64,000 nucleotides of DNA from Octopus vulgaris (taxonomy: Eukaryota): the NCBI GenBank assembly GCA_951406725.2, contig OX597816.1:171616001-171680000 (forward strand). Reading direction: 5' to 3'. The translations under genes were made by a program, and so were the position numbers. Numbering within the stretch: position 1 is the first letter of the stretch; each line of letters starts with the position of its first letter. A model generated the notes under the pieces. The model ran no database searches. It saw only the letters and a program-made list of their open reading frames with translations, and was not told where the DNA came from. This document shows, in pieces, positions 12,684-27,078 of the stretch.

Positions 12684-13070
12684 GCAGAGTATCTCAAAAT
12701 TTTAGAAGAATTTTTGTTACCTTGGATTTTGAAGCATTACTATGCAAGTCGAGTTATGTTTGTACAGGACTCTGCGCCTGCCCAGTCTTCGATAAGAGAG
12801 CAAGAATTTATGAAGAAGGAATTGCTCATGTTGGCTCTTAAAGATATCTGGCCCTCTAGCTTACCAGATTCAAATCTGTGTGATTTTTGGCTTTGGGCTG
12901 CAGTTGAAGCAATATCCAACGCAATTTCTCATAAATGTGTGTCTTCATTAAAGGTTTCGATCAATGAAAAATGAAAAAGAAAGAAATAGTTAAGGCATGC
13001 GCATCGTTTCGTAAACGGATTGAATTGGTAAAGTAAGTAAATGACGGTCACATTGAACTGAAAAAGTGCT
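12684..13070 (+). pseudogene. Tc1/mariner-superfamily transposase C-terminal fragment
   Basis: MFVQDSAPAQ...IWPSSLPDSNLCDFWLW corresponds to FQQD.APAH...WPP.SPDLNP.DF. Confidence 0.8.
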
Positions 13071-13559
13071 AAATACTCCACAATAAATTGGCATAGACAT
13101 AGAATTTGCAGTGTTTGACTTTAAATACATATGCACGCACACACATACATACAAACCTACCTACATACATATATACATATACGTGAGGTGTGTGTGTATG
13201 CATGCTGTTTATTGATTTCTGTCTATATAAAGAAATGCTAATTGTTTAATGAAGAACGAGAGAAGCACCACAGCTTTTTTGTTTTGTTGCCAAGCCAGTC
13301 CAGAAATGATTAACTGTTTATTTAATTGTTCAGATCATTAAACGGTTGACTGGCTAGCTGAATAATTTTGTTATACATTTATATGCATGTGTCATATCTA
13401 TCCATAAAGAAACATATATGCATGTGTATATGTGTACCTGTGAGTGTGTTTGTACGCATGTGCTTGGATATACATACTTGTGTTTTGTGCACGCTTGTGT
13501 GATGATTGTTTAAAAAATAATCAGTAATTTGTAATAGTACCTGTAGCAAAAACAAATCC

Positions 13560-14760
13560 TTAATATTTAGTGGTGACTTAGTTTGGTTCTCCTGGAAAAG
13601 TTTTTTGTACTAAAAAAAAAATTCTATTTCTACAGAGTTTTTACATGTTTAATTTTAAAGTAAATTGTTTCAATAAAATATTTCTTCATTTCTTTCCCGT
13701 ATTTTGAAGCACTCTTGGGCATTTATAGAATGGGAAAATCTTGAATTTGTTGTCTTCGTAGATATCTAAATGTTCGTTCAATGGGACCGTCGCAATTCCA
13801 CGTCTAATCCGCTGTTTATGCGATCTTACTCTTTCATATTTGGTGGCCCATAAATATTTGGAGAGTGTCTTCAGAAAAAAAGTTCTGCATCATTGTTTAT
13901 GTGGTTGATAAACCTACTAGAAAAGCAGCCCAAAACAGAAAGACGTATACACCGGGTGATAGTTATATTTTGGTCCATTCCTGTTCTTTTTCGAATGCGT
14001 CGATCATGTCTTTTCACAAATCTCTAGCACCATGTAATTGCCTTTTAGAATAATTTATTTGAAGGTCATTGCTTTTTTCTAGTTCCCATAATTATCATCT
14101 TTGCTGATATGGTAATGCTAGATTTTGTATGATGAAGTATCAACATCTTCAACTGTTCTTCCAATGTAGGGCATTTGACAACACCATTTCGAAAATGCCA
14201 TTTTTCTGTGTGATAAAGATTTCTGCTCGTTTTCTTGTATTGCGCATTCAGTTGGTGGCTCTCAAAAAGGTCTAACTCTAGCCCGTTCACTGCTTTTTCA
14301 TCATTTAATCTTAATAGACTATTTGTTAAGCGGAAATTTAAAATAATTATGTATCTTTTGCGAATAAATACAACTGATCCAGATGAGCTCCGCATTCAGC
14401 CTCGTGTTGCCATTAACTAATCAGAAAAAAACTGTGTTCCAGTCAGATTACCTTGAAATCAACCCTTATTCGATATTCAATCCTTGGCTCTTTGCGATAT
14501 CTCACAACGAGCAGTCCTCACATTGAAGTGAAGCAAATGCTTTGATTCTTTTATCACAGACCAAATAAATGAAATTATTTGGCCTGTATTACTTAATTTA
14601 ATTCCTAAAATACAGATATAACTTTTATATTAATATACATTGATTTACATGCATAATTATTTACGAAATAGTCGAATCTTTTAAGAAAATAAATTTACGC
14701 CCAAAAATTAACTTTTTCATATAAGATGCAGCAGCATCTTATATGAAAGGTCACTTTTAC
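13560..14760 (-). pseudogene. Decayed pogo/Tigger-like transposase (CENP-B-type HTH)
   Basis: RNGVVKCPTLEEQLKMLIL...ITISAKMII resembles pogo-family HTH; heavily disrupted. Confidence 0.45.
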
Positions 14761-15861
14761 AGGTCAGTTTTTGGAAAGCAAAATGTGCTACACACCGTCA
14801 AAAACAGTAAGTATCTTGACTACAAGCACACCACTCGCAGAACTATTGGTATGACACGAAACGCAATTTTTGTTGGAGTAGGTATAATCCGTTTAATCGA
14901 TTCTCCTATATTAGCTGCACTTATTCTATAGACCCCCGCAAAGGAATTAAAGTTTGACCTGGTGGGATATCAACCTTTGGATGTTTGAGGTACTGAACGT
15001 ATCAGTCGCTAAGTTTTGTAAATAACTATTTACATGAAGATGTGTGTGTATGTGTTGAGATATGTATTAGTTAATTGTTGTACAATCTGGTAAATATGTA
15101 AGTCATTAAATGTCTATTTAAATTGAGACTGTCACATGAAGACAATTTGTTAACACGCGTTGTTCAGACAAGTCTATCAACTGCATTTATCTGCTTCTAT
15201 TTCGTCTTCGTCCATCCACCGTCACCACCCTTTCATTCTTCGTGGAAACGTTCAGTTGGTCTTTGCAAAGTATCTGTTTCATATATCTTTATTACACCAA
15301 ACAAATGCACTCTGTGCATTTAAACATTTATCATTGCTATATAACCAGCTTTGTTCATATAACCTCTTCAGTTTTGTTGCATTTCGTTCATATTTTGAAA
15401 ATCTTCAATTCATAGTTAATGTTTAATTTATTGTTTGATTAAAAGCTATAATTTTTAGTTGGAAATGAATGTCATTTGTAATATGATATTTAAATGATAG
15501 CAGGGGAGCGAGCAAAGACAGCATAATGCTGAATGAAAATTCTTTCTCGCTTTTTTTTACCCCTAAATATTTTCTGAGTTCAAATTCCACCGAGCTCGAT
15601 TTTAGCTTTTGTTTCTCAACGAAGTAGGGGTTGATCTGTTATGTTCTGTTCTGATGCAATCGACTGTTCCTCTCCCAATAAATCTGCTGTCTAGAGCTGA
15701 TGAAAAAAAAAAATTTGTTGATATTAAAACAGGAATCAGAGCCAATAATGGAGCCCTTGTGTGGTCAATAGAGCCGGTAGAAACAGTTGCTATAGCTTCA
15801 TCAAATCGCTCATCCGGAAGAAACAGTAACCAAATCTCTATCGCTATCAAAGAAGGAAGAA

Positions 15862-16062
15862 AGGCGGTGCGCTGGCAGAAAGAAACGTTAGCATGCCGGA
15901 CAAAATGTTTTGCTGCATTTTGTCCGTCTTTACGTTCTGAGTTCAAAGTTCGCCAAGGTTGACTTTACTTCGGTAAAATAAGTACCAGTTGAGTACTGGG
16001 GTCGATGTAACTGACTTACTCCTCCCCTCAAATTGCTGGTCCAGTGCCAAAATTTGAAATCA
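15862..16062 (+). mobile_element. SINE family B monomer
   Basis: GGCGGTGCGCTGGCAGAA...GAGTTCAAA...AAATAAGTACCAG...GGGGTCGAT. Confidence 0.8.
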
Positions 16063-16115
16063 ATATTAAAGAAGGAAAGAAAAACTGGATAATATAATCC
16101 TATATACATTAGAGT

Positions 16116-16370
16116 GGAGGCGCGTGGCTTAGTGGTTAAGGTGTCAGCATCATGATCGTAAGATTGTGGTTTCGATTCCTGGACTGGGCGACGTGTTGTG
16201 TTCTTGAGCAAAACACTTCATTTCACGTTGCTCCAGTTCACTCAGCTGGCCAAAATGAGTAACGCTGCGATGGACTGGCGTCCCGTCCAGCTGGTGAACA
16301 CATACGCCATAAAAACCGGGAAACCGGGCCCATGAGCCTGGTTAGGCTTTAAAAGGGCGCGCAAAAAAAA
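16116..16370 (+). mobile_element. tRNA-derived SINE family C with poly(A) and TSD
   Basis: A box TGGCTTAGTGG, B box GGTTTCGATTCC, short poly(A); direct repeat TATACATTAGAGTGGA at 16103-16118 and 16371-16386. Confidence 0.9.
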
Positions 16371-17140
16371 TATACATTAGAGTGGAAAAAGACTGGATGG
16401 CCATGGCTGAAATGCTTTTGATTATAGGTCAGCTCATTCAAAACTTAGCTAGGGATAAACATCAACAATTATACTGAATTACAAATGTAGATAATTTGAC
16501 GACATTAAAAATCATTACAACTCTCAAGTCCTGCAACAGAATATAAGATATTTCAGTCATATTTTCATGTATGAGGAAGGAGATTGGTCAGTATGGTGAC
16601 TGAAGAGGATATGAACCTGTCATAAATTTCAGTATGCGAGAGATGCACTCGACAATTAGTGATCAGCTCTAAATGGACCATTGATAATTTAGGCGGCTGT
16701 CAGAAGTCATGCATGATCAGAAAGAACATATTAAATAACTGACATACGTGTAACAGTTGTAAATTTCTGACAAATTTAATATACAATATAATGCCTAATT
16801 TACTAATTGCTGTTAATGACATTTCCAGGGACAATATCAGTTAATTTAAAACTTCTCTGCAGTAAAAGTGTAATTGTTTTTTTTGTACAGATTATGACAT
16901 ATCAATTTATTGGAGAGAAGAAATGAGATTTTTAATGTTTTACCTTTTAGTTCTCAGCAGACTGATACTCAGAATTCTGGTTAAAAGCGGTTGTGTAAGT
17001 CATTGTTGATCTTTGAAGTTTTGAATTTGAATCATGTTCAACTAATTCCCGCAACAAAGAACTGAATGCAACATAATCACTTCTTTCGATATGGAAGCTT
17101 TTTTCACCCTAAAACAACTCTTTGAAAATACTCTCTCTCT

Positions 17141-17354
17141 CTTTTACTCTTTTACTCTTTTACTTGTTTCAGTCATTTGACTGCGGCCATGCTGGAGCAC
17201 CGCCTTTTTAATCGAGCAACTCGACCGCAGGACTTATTCTTTTTGTAAGCCCAGTACTTATTCTATCGGTCTCTTTTGCCGAACCGCTAAGTAACGGGGA
17301 CATAAACACACCAGCATCGGTTGTCAAGCAATGCTAGGGTGACAAACACACACA

Positions 17355-17418
<64 letters not shown>

Positions 17419-17585
17419 TACGACGGGCTTCTTTTCAGTTTCCGTCTACCAAATCCACTCACAAGGCTTTGGTCGGCCCGAGGCTACAGTAGAAGACACT
17501 TTCCCAAGGTGCCACGCAGTGGGACCGAACCCGGAACCATGTGGTTAGTAAACAAGCTACTTACCACATAGCCACTCCTGCGCCT
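17141..17585 (-). mobile_element. SINE family A
   Basis: Full-length match. Confidence 0.9.
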
Positions 17586-17989
17586 ATGTGAATTTTATTA
17601 TAAATACAATGTGAATTTTATTATAAATATTTTATATAATTAACAAATATACGGAACCAGTAAACTGAAGGCTTTAAAATGTACTTTTAGAACGAATGTG
17701 TTAATTTCCTTTATAGTCAAGAACTGTTTATATTACTGTCTCCGGCCTATTATCCATCCTTTTTGTTATCTTCCTCTTCGTCCTCTTTTTCAGCATTGTC
17801 GTTGCTCTGTCTACATATCTTACTCTACATTGTTCATTCTATACATTAGATGTGTTTCAGAACATTTAAGATTTTAACCTACGTCATATTACTTGGGTCA
17901 TAACGTTGAATATGTTACTAATTGTTCTGTAAGCTATAGATGTCTCTCAGCACAGAGTTGAAGAGCTCAGATCTTTTGCGATGAAATAT

Positions 17990-18900
17990 CTTCCTGAACT
18001 TCATCAAAACCTCCACGTTGTACTCTTTGTTGACCGTCTGGCCGCCAGAGGGAATCCAGTGCATGTAGATGATGCCCTTACTGTCGAAAAAAAGGGATCA
18101 CAATGAGCTTTCTGGTGGACTTACTTTGCTTGGCCTTCATGGAGGAGCCGGGATGCTTCCATTAGCCACTCTGTCTCTTGGTCTCTGGGTCATAACAGTA
18201 GAACCAGCTTTCGTCATAGGTCACCAGGGACTCTAGTACTCTTGGATTGAAGGTAATGAGCTCAGCCATCTCCCTGCTGTTATCACGCGTCTGTCCTTCT
18301 GTTCGTCACTGAGTATCCTGAGAACAAACTTCGCACACATTTTTGCCCATGTTCATATCTTCATGAACAATTAATTTTGTGTACATTCGTCACACCAACT
18401 CCTAACAATAAACCTATTTTCATTATAGAGACACAGCGGGCTTCGTCCAGAAAATTGCGAATTTTCTCCATCAGCTCTGATGTTCTGATACAGCTATCCC
18501 TCCTACATCCCTAATTGTCTCTCACCTCCTCTCTGTCATCTTTCAATCTCTTGCCAGCGAAAAACATGTTCAGCTCATACAAGTTAATCCATTAGCAGTA
18601 TAGAATATTTCATAAGTTTTTGTAACGGATTTATCCAGTTTAACACAAAATCTTATTGCACAGCGAACTTCCAAATTGTCTTCATGCCCCCGACTGCTTT
18701 TTGAAAACTAGTCAGCTGTGATAAGCAGTGTTTGCTGGATGTGCTCAAAGTACTGTTACAGTCGACTCCTCCAATCGAGAACAAAGCAGTTAGCAGGTCA
18801 GCTTATTAGATTATAGTGATGATATAATAAAATTACAAAGATCTAAGACAATTATAGCTGCCTCAACTAAAATAAAAGTCTCAAAACCTCTGGATTGCTA
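17990..18900 (-). pseudogene. Decayed mariner transposon
   Basis: Minus translation LVTYDESWFYCYDPETKRQSG*WKHPGS (mariner TxDExW...YDPETK.QS..W motif). Confidence 0.85.
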
Positions 18901-18916
18901 CTCTTAATTAATTTTC

Positions 18917-19013
<97 letters not shown>
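18917..19013. repeat. (TCTA)n microsatellite
   Basis: Direct inspection. Confidence 0.95.
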
Positions 19014-19214
19014 ATTTTGTTAAATCATAACAACAATGCGTTGGAAAGTTCTTGGTTAAAGAAGAGAACGATAGTTGAAGATGCCCGATAAGCGGTGCCA
19101 GAGCAATGCGTCCAATAGAAATCACGCCGCTTGTGCGAGAAGTACGAAGGTTAATTGTTAATCAGTTTTGGTTTAGACCGATTCTTTTTACTTGCTTCTT
19201 CTACCACATGGCAT

Positions 19215-19365
19215 TTGTGTGGATGCGTCGTAAGAAGTTTGCTTCGCAAGCACATGGTTCCGGGTTCAGTCCCACTGCGTGGCACCTTCGGTAAGTCTTC
19301 TATTATTACCTCGGGCCGACCAAAGCCATGTGAGTGGATTTCGTAGATGGAAACGGGAAGACCGT

Positions 19366-19430
<65 letters not shown>

Positions 19431-19662
19431 GCACATATGTGTGTGTGTGAGTGCGTGCATGTGCGTGTGAGTAAGTGTGTGTGTGTTCCTTCAGTATTGG
19501 TGTGTTTAAGTGCACGTAACTTAGCGGTTCGGAAAAAGGGCCTAATTGAATAAGTGCTAGGCTTAAAAAGAAAATAAGTGATGGGGTCGATTAGTTCGAC
19601 TAAAATTCCGCAAGGCAGTGCCCCAGTATGGCCGCAGTCTAATGACTGCAACAAATAAAAGA
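19215..19662 (+). mobile_element. SINE family A, diverged
   Basis: GGTTCCGGGTTCAGTCCCACTGCGTGGCACC head and diverged tail. Confidence 0.8.
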
Positions 19663-20326
19663 TACCAGATGAATGATAAAATATGATGGCCCTGAGAAAC
19701 CGATCATCAATGCTGTGTTTAAGTCAATATCCAAACAGAAGGGTGACCTATTAAAGTTATGCATCTGTTTACTCTCTATAGACCAACTGTCCTTGCTATT
19801 AACTCCTCTTTACTCAATGCACTTGATGTGTTAGCTACTCCATATATGGGCTCTTACTGATATGCTACTCTCTGAATTCTAAATACTAACAAGATTGATC
19901 GAGCTGTCCAGCTGTTTGTAGATATGGAGTTTATATAGGTTGACTTTCAGAGATATTTAGAATTTATAGGCCAGTTTTACCACCTGAATTCATTTGGTAG
20001 GTTAACCTGCCATAAACTAAAATGTTTATAGGCATTTATTGGCCCAATGGTCTTGACCGAGATTATGAAATTGATCTGCTCTTTTCAATACTTGCTCTTG
20101 ACATATAAAATAGTTTAGCTATTGGATAGCATGATATTTAAACATCCCATATATTTACTGCTGTTACTACTTGGCTAGATATCTAAACTGTGGTAGATCA
20201 ATAGCATTATTGTTGGATGCGAATTGGTAAGATACTGACCAAGGCCAACTACGTCACTCAAATTTAGTTAAGTTGTGACGCAGTGCAATTTAGATCATAT
20301 TAGGTAGTCGAGCACATAGTCTAATG

Positions 20327-20545
20327 CGGTGCTTTTCAAACTTTTTGCTGGAGCGGAACCCCAAGGAAGCATTCCACTGGCTCGAGGAACCCCTGTGCAA
20401 TAATTTAATAGTCTTATGCACACATATCTGCACAGGAGAATTAAAAATTACTGCCGATTTTAGCAGTTTTGTAACTTCTTGCGGAACCCCTGGACTGTAC
20501 TGGCGGAACCCTAAGGTTCCGCGGAACCCTGGTTGAAAACCACTG
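20327..20545. mobile_element. hAT-type MITE
   Basis: TIRs C(G)GTGCTTTTCAA / TTGAAAACCACTG; 8-bp TSD GTCTAATG on both sides. Confidence 0.85.
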
Positions 20546-21305
20546 GTCTAATGTGAGGAAAAACCACGTACGTAAGCAGGTGTTTGTATGTGTGCGTGTG
20601 TGTGAGTGTGTGTGTGTGCATGTGTATGTATGTGTGTGTGTATGCGTGTGTGTGTATGCGTACTTATTGTTTATTTTCTCTGTCCATGAAGTAACTGAAA
20701 AAACAAAAAAACAAAAACAAAAATTGATTAATAAATAAAAATCTAAAAGCAAATAAAGACTTCGTCATGTACGACATTCATTACCCTATTTCGTAATTCA
20801 AATTCATGCCACTGGCCATTTGAATTATCTCCTCAACCCTTTTTTGTCTTAATGATAAATGATGCCCTTAATCAAGAAGTTCCAAACTCAGGGATTCGCT
20901 AAATTAGTGTGTTTAATTATATTAGGAAAAATTCTTGACATAATAACGCAACTCATTCAATTTTGTTGACTGTTTTTATTTAAAGCTACGGCTCCAAATC
21001 TACTCAGAGTTGACACTCTTCAGTATTTCCCATTAACAACGGCTAAACAGCTAGAAACGCTGCGTCTGGGAATCCGACAGGAGGCAACACAGGGCAGATA
21101 TGGTGTTTTCACACCTTATGCTATAAGAGAGAATTTTTTCCCTCTATGACAACTGCAGTGAATTTGCCTTTAGATGTTGAAATATGCCACAAACATATAT
21201 AAACTAAGCTTAAGTTCGCATTTGTATATGTATGTATATACTAATACATCTGTTTGTTTGTACACCACCTGCCTTCGTCTTTTGTTTATTTTCGTAAACT
21301 TTCCC

Positions 21306-21620
<315 letters not shown>

Positions 21621-22186
21621 AAGCACATCAGTGCAAACCAAGGTGGAAAAGATGGCACTCGAACACCAAAAGGTAGAGCAAATACTATTTGTGAAGTACT
21701 TTTCGGCTTTAATAAAATTGTATGACGTGAAATAAAGTGTCTTGCTTAAGGACACATCGCGTCACTAGGAATCGAACTCCCGACCTTATGTTTGTGAGCC
21801 GAATACCCTAACTACCAAGCCACGCGCTATCAAACACACCCCACACACATCCACACACATTTTATTTTTACCTGTTTCAATCATTCGACTGCGGCCATGC
21901 TAGGACACCACCTTGAATAGCTTTTATTTTTAGCCGAAAGAATCGCGTACTTATTATTTCTTTGAAGCCTGAGACTTATTCTATCGTATTCTTTTTACTG
22001 AACCGCTAAGTTACTAACACCGGCTATCAAGTGGTGGAGGACAAACACAGACACAAAGATGCATATAGACATACATACGAAATGAACTCAGCTCAGAGAT
22101 AGAGAGGTATTGAACTACTTGTTATAAAGTATTTCTATGAACAATCTAACATCAAGCACCATTAAGATAGAAGAAAGAAAACGTTC

Positions 22187-22728
22187 GGATCTTTTCGGTT
22201 TGAACGGCAGTTTTTTCTAGCGGTGTCATATGAAATTGTCACCCATAATTATGACCCTAGTATGGATCTATTGCATTTCAATCTGTTTTAGGGTTAGGGT
22301 TAGTTAGGGTTAGAGGGAAGGGTATATTTTTTTCTTCACAAATGTAAATAAACCCAATCTGTCTTTTAAACGAAGGACATATTCATACGGCACAGAATGC
22401 TTTTTTTTTACCTCAATAGACGTCAGTGATTGGTTGAAATTGCAGAAATTGAAGAAAAAAACAACAACAAATATCTTACAAACTATAGAATTTTCTCAAT
22501 AAAGCCAAGAGAAAAAGATGTTTTATAAACACATTCTACCAGTATACGAAGTTTAAAATGTCCCTCGTTTAAGAAACCCTTCCCCCACCCCTAACCCTAA
22601 CCCTAACCCTAAAACAGATTGAAATGCAATAGATCGATACTAGGGTCATAATTATGGGTGACAATTTCATATCGATCTATTGCATTTCAATCTGTTTTAG
22701 GGTTAGGGGTGGGGGAAGGGTATCTTTT
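22187..22728 (+). mobile_element. Telomeric-repeat MITE, right end replaced by inverted/re-inverted internal fragments
   Basis: Left TIR at 22187; forward to ~22558, inverted pieces 22559-22670, forward piece 22671-22728. Confidence 0.9.
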
Positions 22729-22869
22729 AAAATCGGAGTCGTACCTGCTGTATATAAAGACAAAAAAAAAATGTTTTATAATACCCTAAACATCTCGTAT
22801 AGTCCGTTTATTCACAGGCTGACAAATAGTTGCTTATCTGTTTTTCTCTCTTTTTTTCACACATTAAAC

Positions 22870-23034
22870 TACCGTATTTTAATGTGTATAAGAAAACCTT
22901 TTTATCAAAAATTAGGTTAAAAAATATGGGAGTTTCTTATACATGGATAGTATTATAATCCCTTACAAAACCTTTTTTCTAAATTTTAAACCCCCAAAAT
23001 TAAATGGTTCCTTATACACGTTAAAATACGATGT
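22870..23034. mobile_element. Small pogo/Tigger-type MITE
   Basis: TACCGTATTTTAATGTGTATAAG ... CTTATACACGTTAAAATACG inverted ends. Confidence 0.65.
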
Positions 23035-23055
23035 ATATCTGGAGTTTGTCTAGAA

Positions 23056-23237
23056 CATCGTTTTTCAAACTTTTTTGTCATGACCTATTGAAGGGTCGGG
23101 ACCCACAGTTTGAAAAACGTTGGATATTCTGCACTTTGCACCCATTTGCGATTTTTCATTCCTTTCTTTTGTCACGACCCATTTTATTTATCTCGCGACC
23201 CACAGAAGGATCGAGACCCACTCTTTGAAAAGCGCTA
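23056..23237. mobile_element. hAT-type MITE
   Basis: 8-bp TSD GTCTAGAA on both sides; degenerate CA..GTTTTTCAAA / TTTGAAAAGCGCTA TIRs. Confidence 0.75.
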
Positions 23238-23376
23238 GTCTAGAATAAGGAGGCACCATTTACGATACTTTCATCGGTAAATGAAAAAAATGAGAAAAAC
23301 TCCTTTTGATTTTCCCGAAATACTGTATGAATTAATTTTCAAAGGACCCCTTATATCTCTCTTAAAGAGTAATTTC

Positions 23377-23804
23377 GGATCTTTTCGGTTTGAACGGCAG
23401 TTTTTAACATCATTTCTAGGTAACTAAACGCTTTAAAACTTCGTATACTGGTAGAATGTGTCAGATAAAACATCCTTTTCTCTTGGCTTTACTGAGAAAA
23501 TTCTATAGTTTGTAAGATATTTGTTGTTTTTTTCTTCAATTTCTGCAATTTCAACCTATCACTAACGTCCATTGAGGTAAAAAAACATTCTGTGCCGTAT
23601 GAATATGTCCCTCGTTTAAGAAACAGATTAGGTTTACTTACATTTGTGAAGGAAAAAAGATACCCTTCCCTCCACCCCTAAGCCTAACTAACCCTAACCC
23701 TAAAACAGATTGAAATGCAATAGATCGATACTAGGGTCATAATAATGGGTGACAATTTCATATAACACCGCTAGAAAAAACTGCCGTTCAAACCGAAAAG
23801 ATCC
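23377..23804 (-). mobile_element. Telomeric-repeat MITE
   Basis: Both TIRs; flanks GAGTAATT(TC) / GAGTAATT (TSD offset by 2 nt). Confidence 0.92.
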
Positions 23805-24464
23805 GAGTAATTATCTCTAATCTATATCAGCCAATGAATTTCTTTCTCGTTGTTTTTCTTCTTTCCAATTAGTTTCAAGCATGCAGTCTAAGTAACATCG
23901 AGCTAAATATGATTTCTACAGATAATCCAGGCAAGAAAATCGAATAACCATAGACTGGCTTCCTGTTAAACTGAAGTATACACGATGAGCACATGCAAAT
24001 ATAAATATAAATATGATGAAAATGTTAATTTGTGCAGAGGAATAACGAAAACATCATTTGTAATAATATTACCAACGCCAAAGTACGTAAAACTCTCAAA
24101 TTACTTCAATGTCGATTGATTACAGCCCGATGAAATAATGTTGATAACACATTTCACAAAGAAGAAAGTTGCTAGTATAGGGTTACATTTTGTTGTTGAC
24201 AAAATAAGTGACATCTTAATGCCACTTATTTTGTCCTTGGCAAATCGACAGTAAAAGAAAATGAAAGGAAAAACACGACGGAATATCCTTCAGCTTCTCG
24301 ATTTTCATTTAACACTAACCAGCATGGAAATATTTGGTGAAAATAAAAAGGAATATACAAACAGCCGAAATTTGCCATGATGATTCGGTTTCTGACTGAA
24401 GATTGATGGCTTCGAATGACTTGTCTGTTTTCCGTGTTCGTCCCTTCGTGTATTTCACGTTCTT

Positions 24465-24484
24465 TATATATATATATATTTATT

Positions 24485-24536
<52 letters not shown>

Positions 24537-24598
24537 ATATATATATTAAATTAGAGATAAAACCACTATTAAACTGTAAGTTTGGATATACTCCCTAA

Positions 24599-24695
<97 letters not shown>

Positions 24696-24846
24696 ACATA
24701 TATATATATACATATATGGCCGAAATAAGATTAAGATTAATGTAAAAAATAAATATCACTGAAGCAAAATAACACCAAATATATAGTGCGTGTGTTTTTA
24801 TTGGCTAAACTGGCAATATGACCATTCCGAAATATAACAATATATA

Positions 24847-24937
<91 letters not shown>

Positions 24938-24976
24938 AATTGAGATACATACTTTTACAGACATATATACATATAT

Positions 24977-25021
<45 letters not shown>

Positions 25022-25022
25022 A
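24465..25022. repeat. Compound (TA)n/(TTA)n microsatellite cluster with short interspersed fragments
   Basis: Direct inspection. Confidence 0.85.
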
Positions 25023-25432
25023 ATATAGGCGATATGTTCTGTATGAAAACACAAGGCACTTTCTCAGCATATTTGTTTATTGGTATCCAGTGGTGAAATG
25101 TGTGTAATGTTCACACCATTTTACTGTTGTTATTAAATAAATGGGTTATAATGACAACAGCAACAAAAATAAATCAGCAAAAAAACGGGAGAAAGAAGCA
25201 AAAGTCGGAAGGGTAAAAAGTATGGTGGTGGTGGTGGTGGTGAGTGCGATGTTGTTTACTGTTGCTGTGGTAGTTGTTGATGGAGCAACATGGCATGGAG
25301 GCTGGTAGACGAAGGAACTGGGTGCCATCATCAGATCCAGTACGCCAAATAAATTGCGTTTCCCCAAGGATCATTCTAAGCATTCTGATACATAGGGGTC
25401 TTTGTGTTTGAGCAGATGTGGAATGCCTTTGC

Positions 25433-25867
25433 GGATCTTTTCGGTTTGAACGGCAGTTTTTAACATAATTTCTAGGTAACTAAAAACTTTTAAACTTCGT
25501 ATACTTAGTAGAATGTGTTTATAAAACATCTTTTCCTCTTGGCTTTATTGAGAAAATTCTATAGTTTGTAAGATATTTGTTGTTTTTTTTCTTCAATTTC
25601 TGCAATTTCAACCAATCAGTGACGTCTATTGAGTTAAAAAGTATTCTGTGCCGTATGAATATGTCTCTCGTTTAAGAAACAGATTGGGTTTATTTACATT
25701 TGTGAAGAAAAAAAAGATACCCTTCCCCCACTTCTAACCCTAACCCTAACTAACCCTAACCCTAAAAGAAATTGAAATGCAATAGATCGATTCTAGGGTC
25801 ATAATTATGGGTGACAATTTCATATAACACCGCTAGAAAAAAACTGCCGTTCAAACCGTAAAGATCC
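25433..25867 (-). mobile_element. Telomeric-repeat MITE
   Basis: Both TIRs; perfect 8-bp TSD GCCTTTGC. Confidence 0.95.
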
Positions 25868-26479
25868 GCCTTTGCTCTATTCCAGCCTTGACCAACCCGT
25901 TTTTTAGGATTACTGAATATGCCTTCCCATTTATTAAGGCGGTAGAGTATGATATGACGGAGATCTGGCTGTTATTTCCAGCAGGTTGGGCTAGAAATAG
26001 CTTGACTACATGGAGTCCTCGTCGTTTACCTTCCTATGTGCTTGCGGAGTTGGTTGAAATGAACTTGGTCGCAGAACCTTCGTTGTTGTTCATTTGTATT
26101 TAGCTTTAGTTGCAGAGCTCACCTGCCGAGTCTTTTAGCTAAGGATATATTATTTTGCGTGTTTGCACTTTCCATATTCGTCTGAACTGATGCTGCTATT
26201 ATATTACCCTTAGGTTGATGCTGTAGTTAATCTTAAAAAAACATTTCTGGAGCAGCTGTAGATGGTTCTGGTGTTTGTGTTTGATTTTACATAGAACTAT
26301 CTGCAGGACTGTCTGGCTATTTGAGCCGTTGCCTGGCTCATGCCCAAATAATCTTTCGCTTAGACTATTTTGCTTTCGCTGTGTCGGTGATTTTTCGTTG
26401 TGGTCCGTGATATGCCTCGAATGAAACGAACGCACTATCATGTTTTCTCAATAGTTCTTCTTTTAGTTGTTGTTTATCG

Positions 26480-27040
26480 TTAGGTCAACCCTGAAAAAGT
26501 TTCTTTTCAGCCTTTTTGAATCAATTGAAGGCTGAGAATGCATTGTACTAAAAAATCTGAATTTTTGTGGGGACAATAAGATAGGATCATAAAATCCTTT
26601 TGAAATCCAAATATTGTTCTGCTGATTTCTCTTTTTTTTCCATTTGTGAAAGCACTTGGAAGTTCAACTCTGTTCTTTCTAATTGTTCCAATTAAAGCAG
26701 TTTTCTTGCTAAGCAGCTTTCGAGCCAATCCTAAGATCAAAGTGTTCAAATATTGAACATCTTTTTTTATTATTATTTTTTAGGAAGAATACATCATTCA
26801 ATAAATTCATCCTATAATGCAGTGATATTTGAGAGAGATTTCGTTGTTGTTTATTGCAGATCGAGCGTTGAAGGTGGCACTACTGATATTAGTGGGTACA
26901 TTCGCTTTGTTTTTGTTTTTTTTATTTATTATTTCAATTCAGAAGTTAATTGGCACGAAAATATGCCTGTCTGGTTTAATGTTAAATCAACTCCTCATTG
27001 AAACAATAAATAGAACAGAAATTGGAAGAAAATGTTAATT
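26480..27040 (-). pseudogene. piggyBac transposase fragment
   Basis: LARKLLSKKTALIGTIRKNRVELP...IFGFQKDFMILSYCP matches the piggyBac GT.R.NR..LP core. Confidence 0.8.
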
Positions 27041-27078
27041 TATAATTGTTATTCAAGTCCAGAAGAGAAATTATTGTA

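Noticed and set aside
16116-16190. tRNA gene (also 45810-45885)
   Set aside because: tRNA-like head continues into a SINE body with poly(A) and TSD
24383-24425. CTGAAGA…CGAA motif as hammerhead (also 58193-58232)
   Set aside because: No GAAA core or consistent stems I/III could be paired
25146-25420. Possible host exon with Thr/His/Pro run
   Set aside because: Short, stops in alternative frames, no recognisable domain or convincing splice sites
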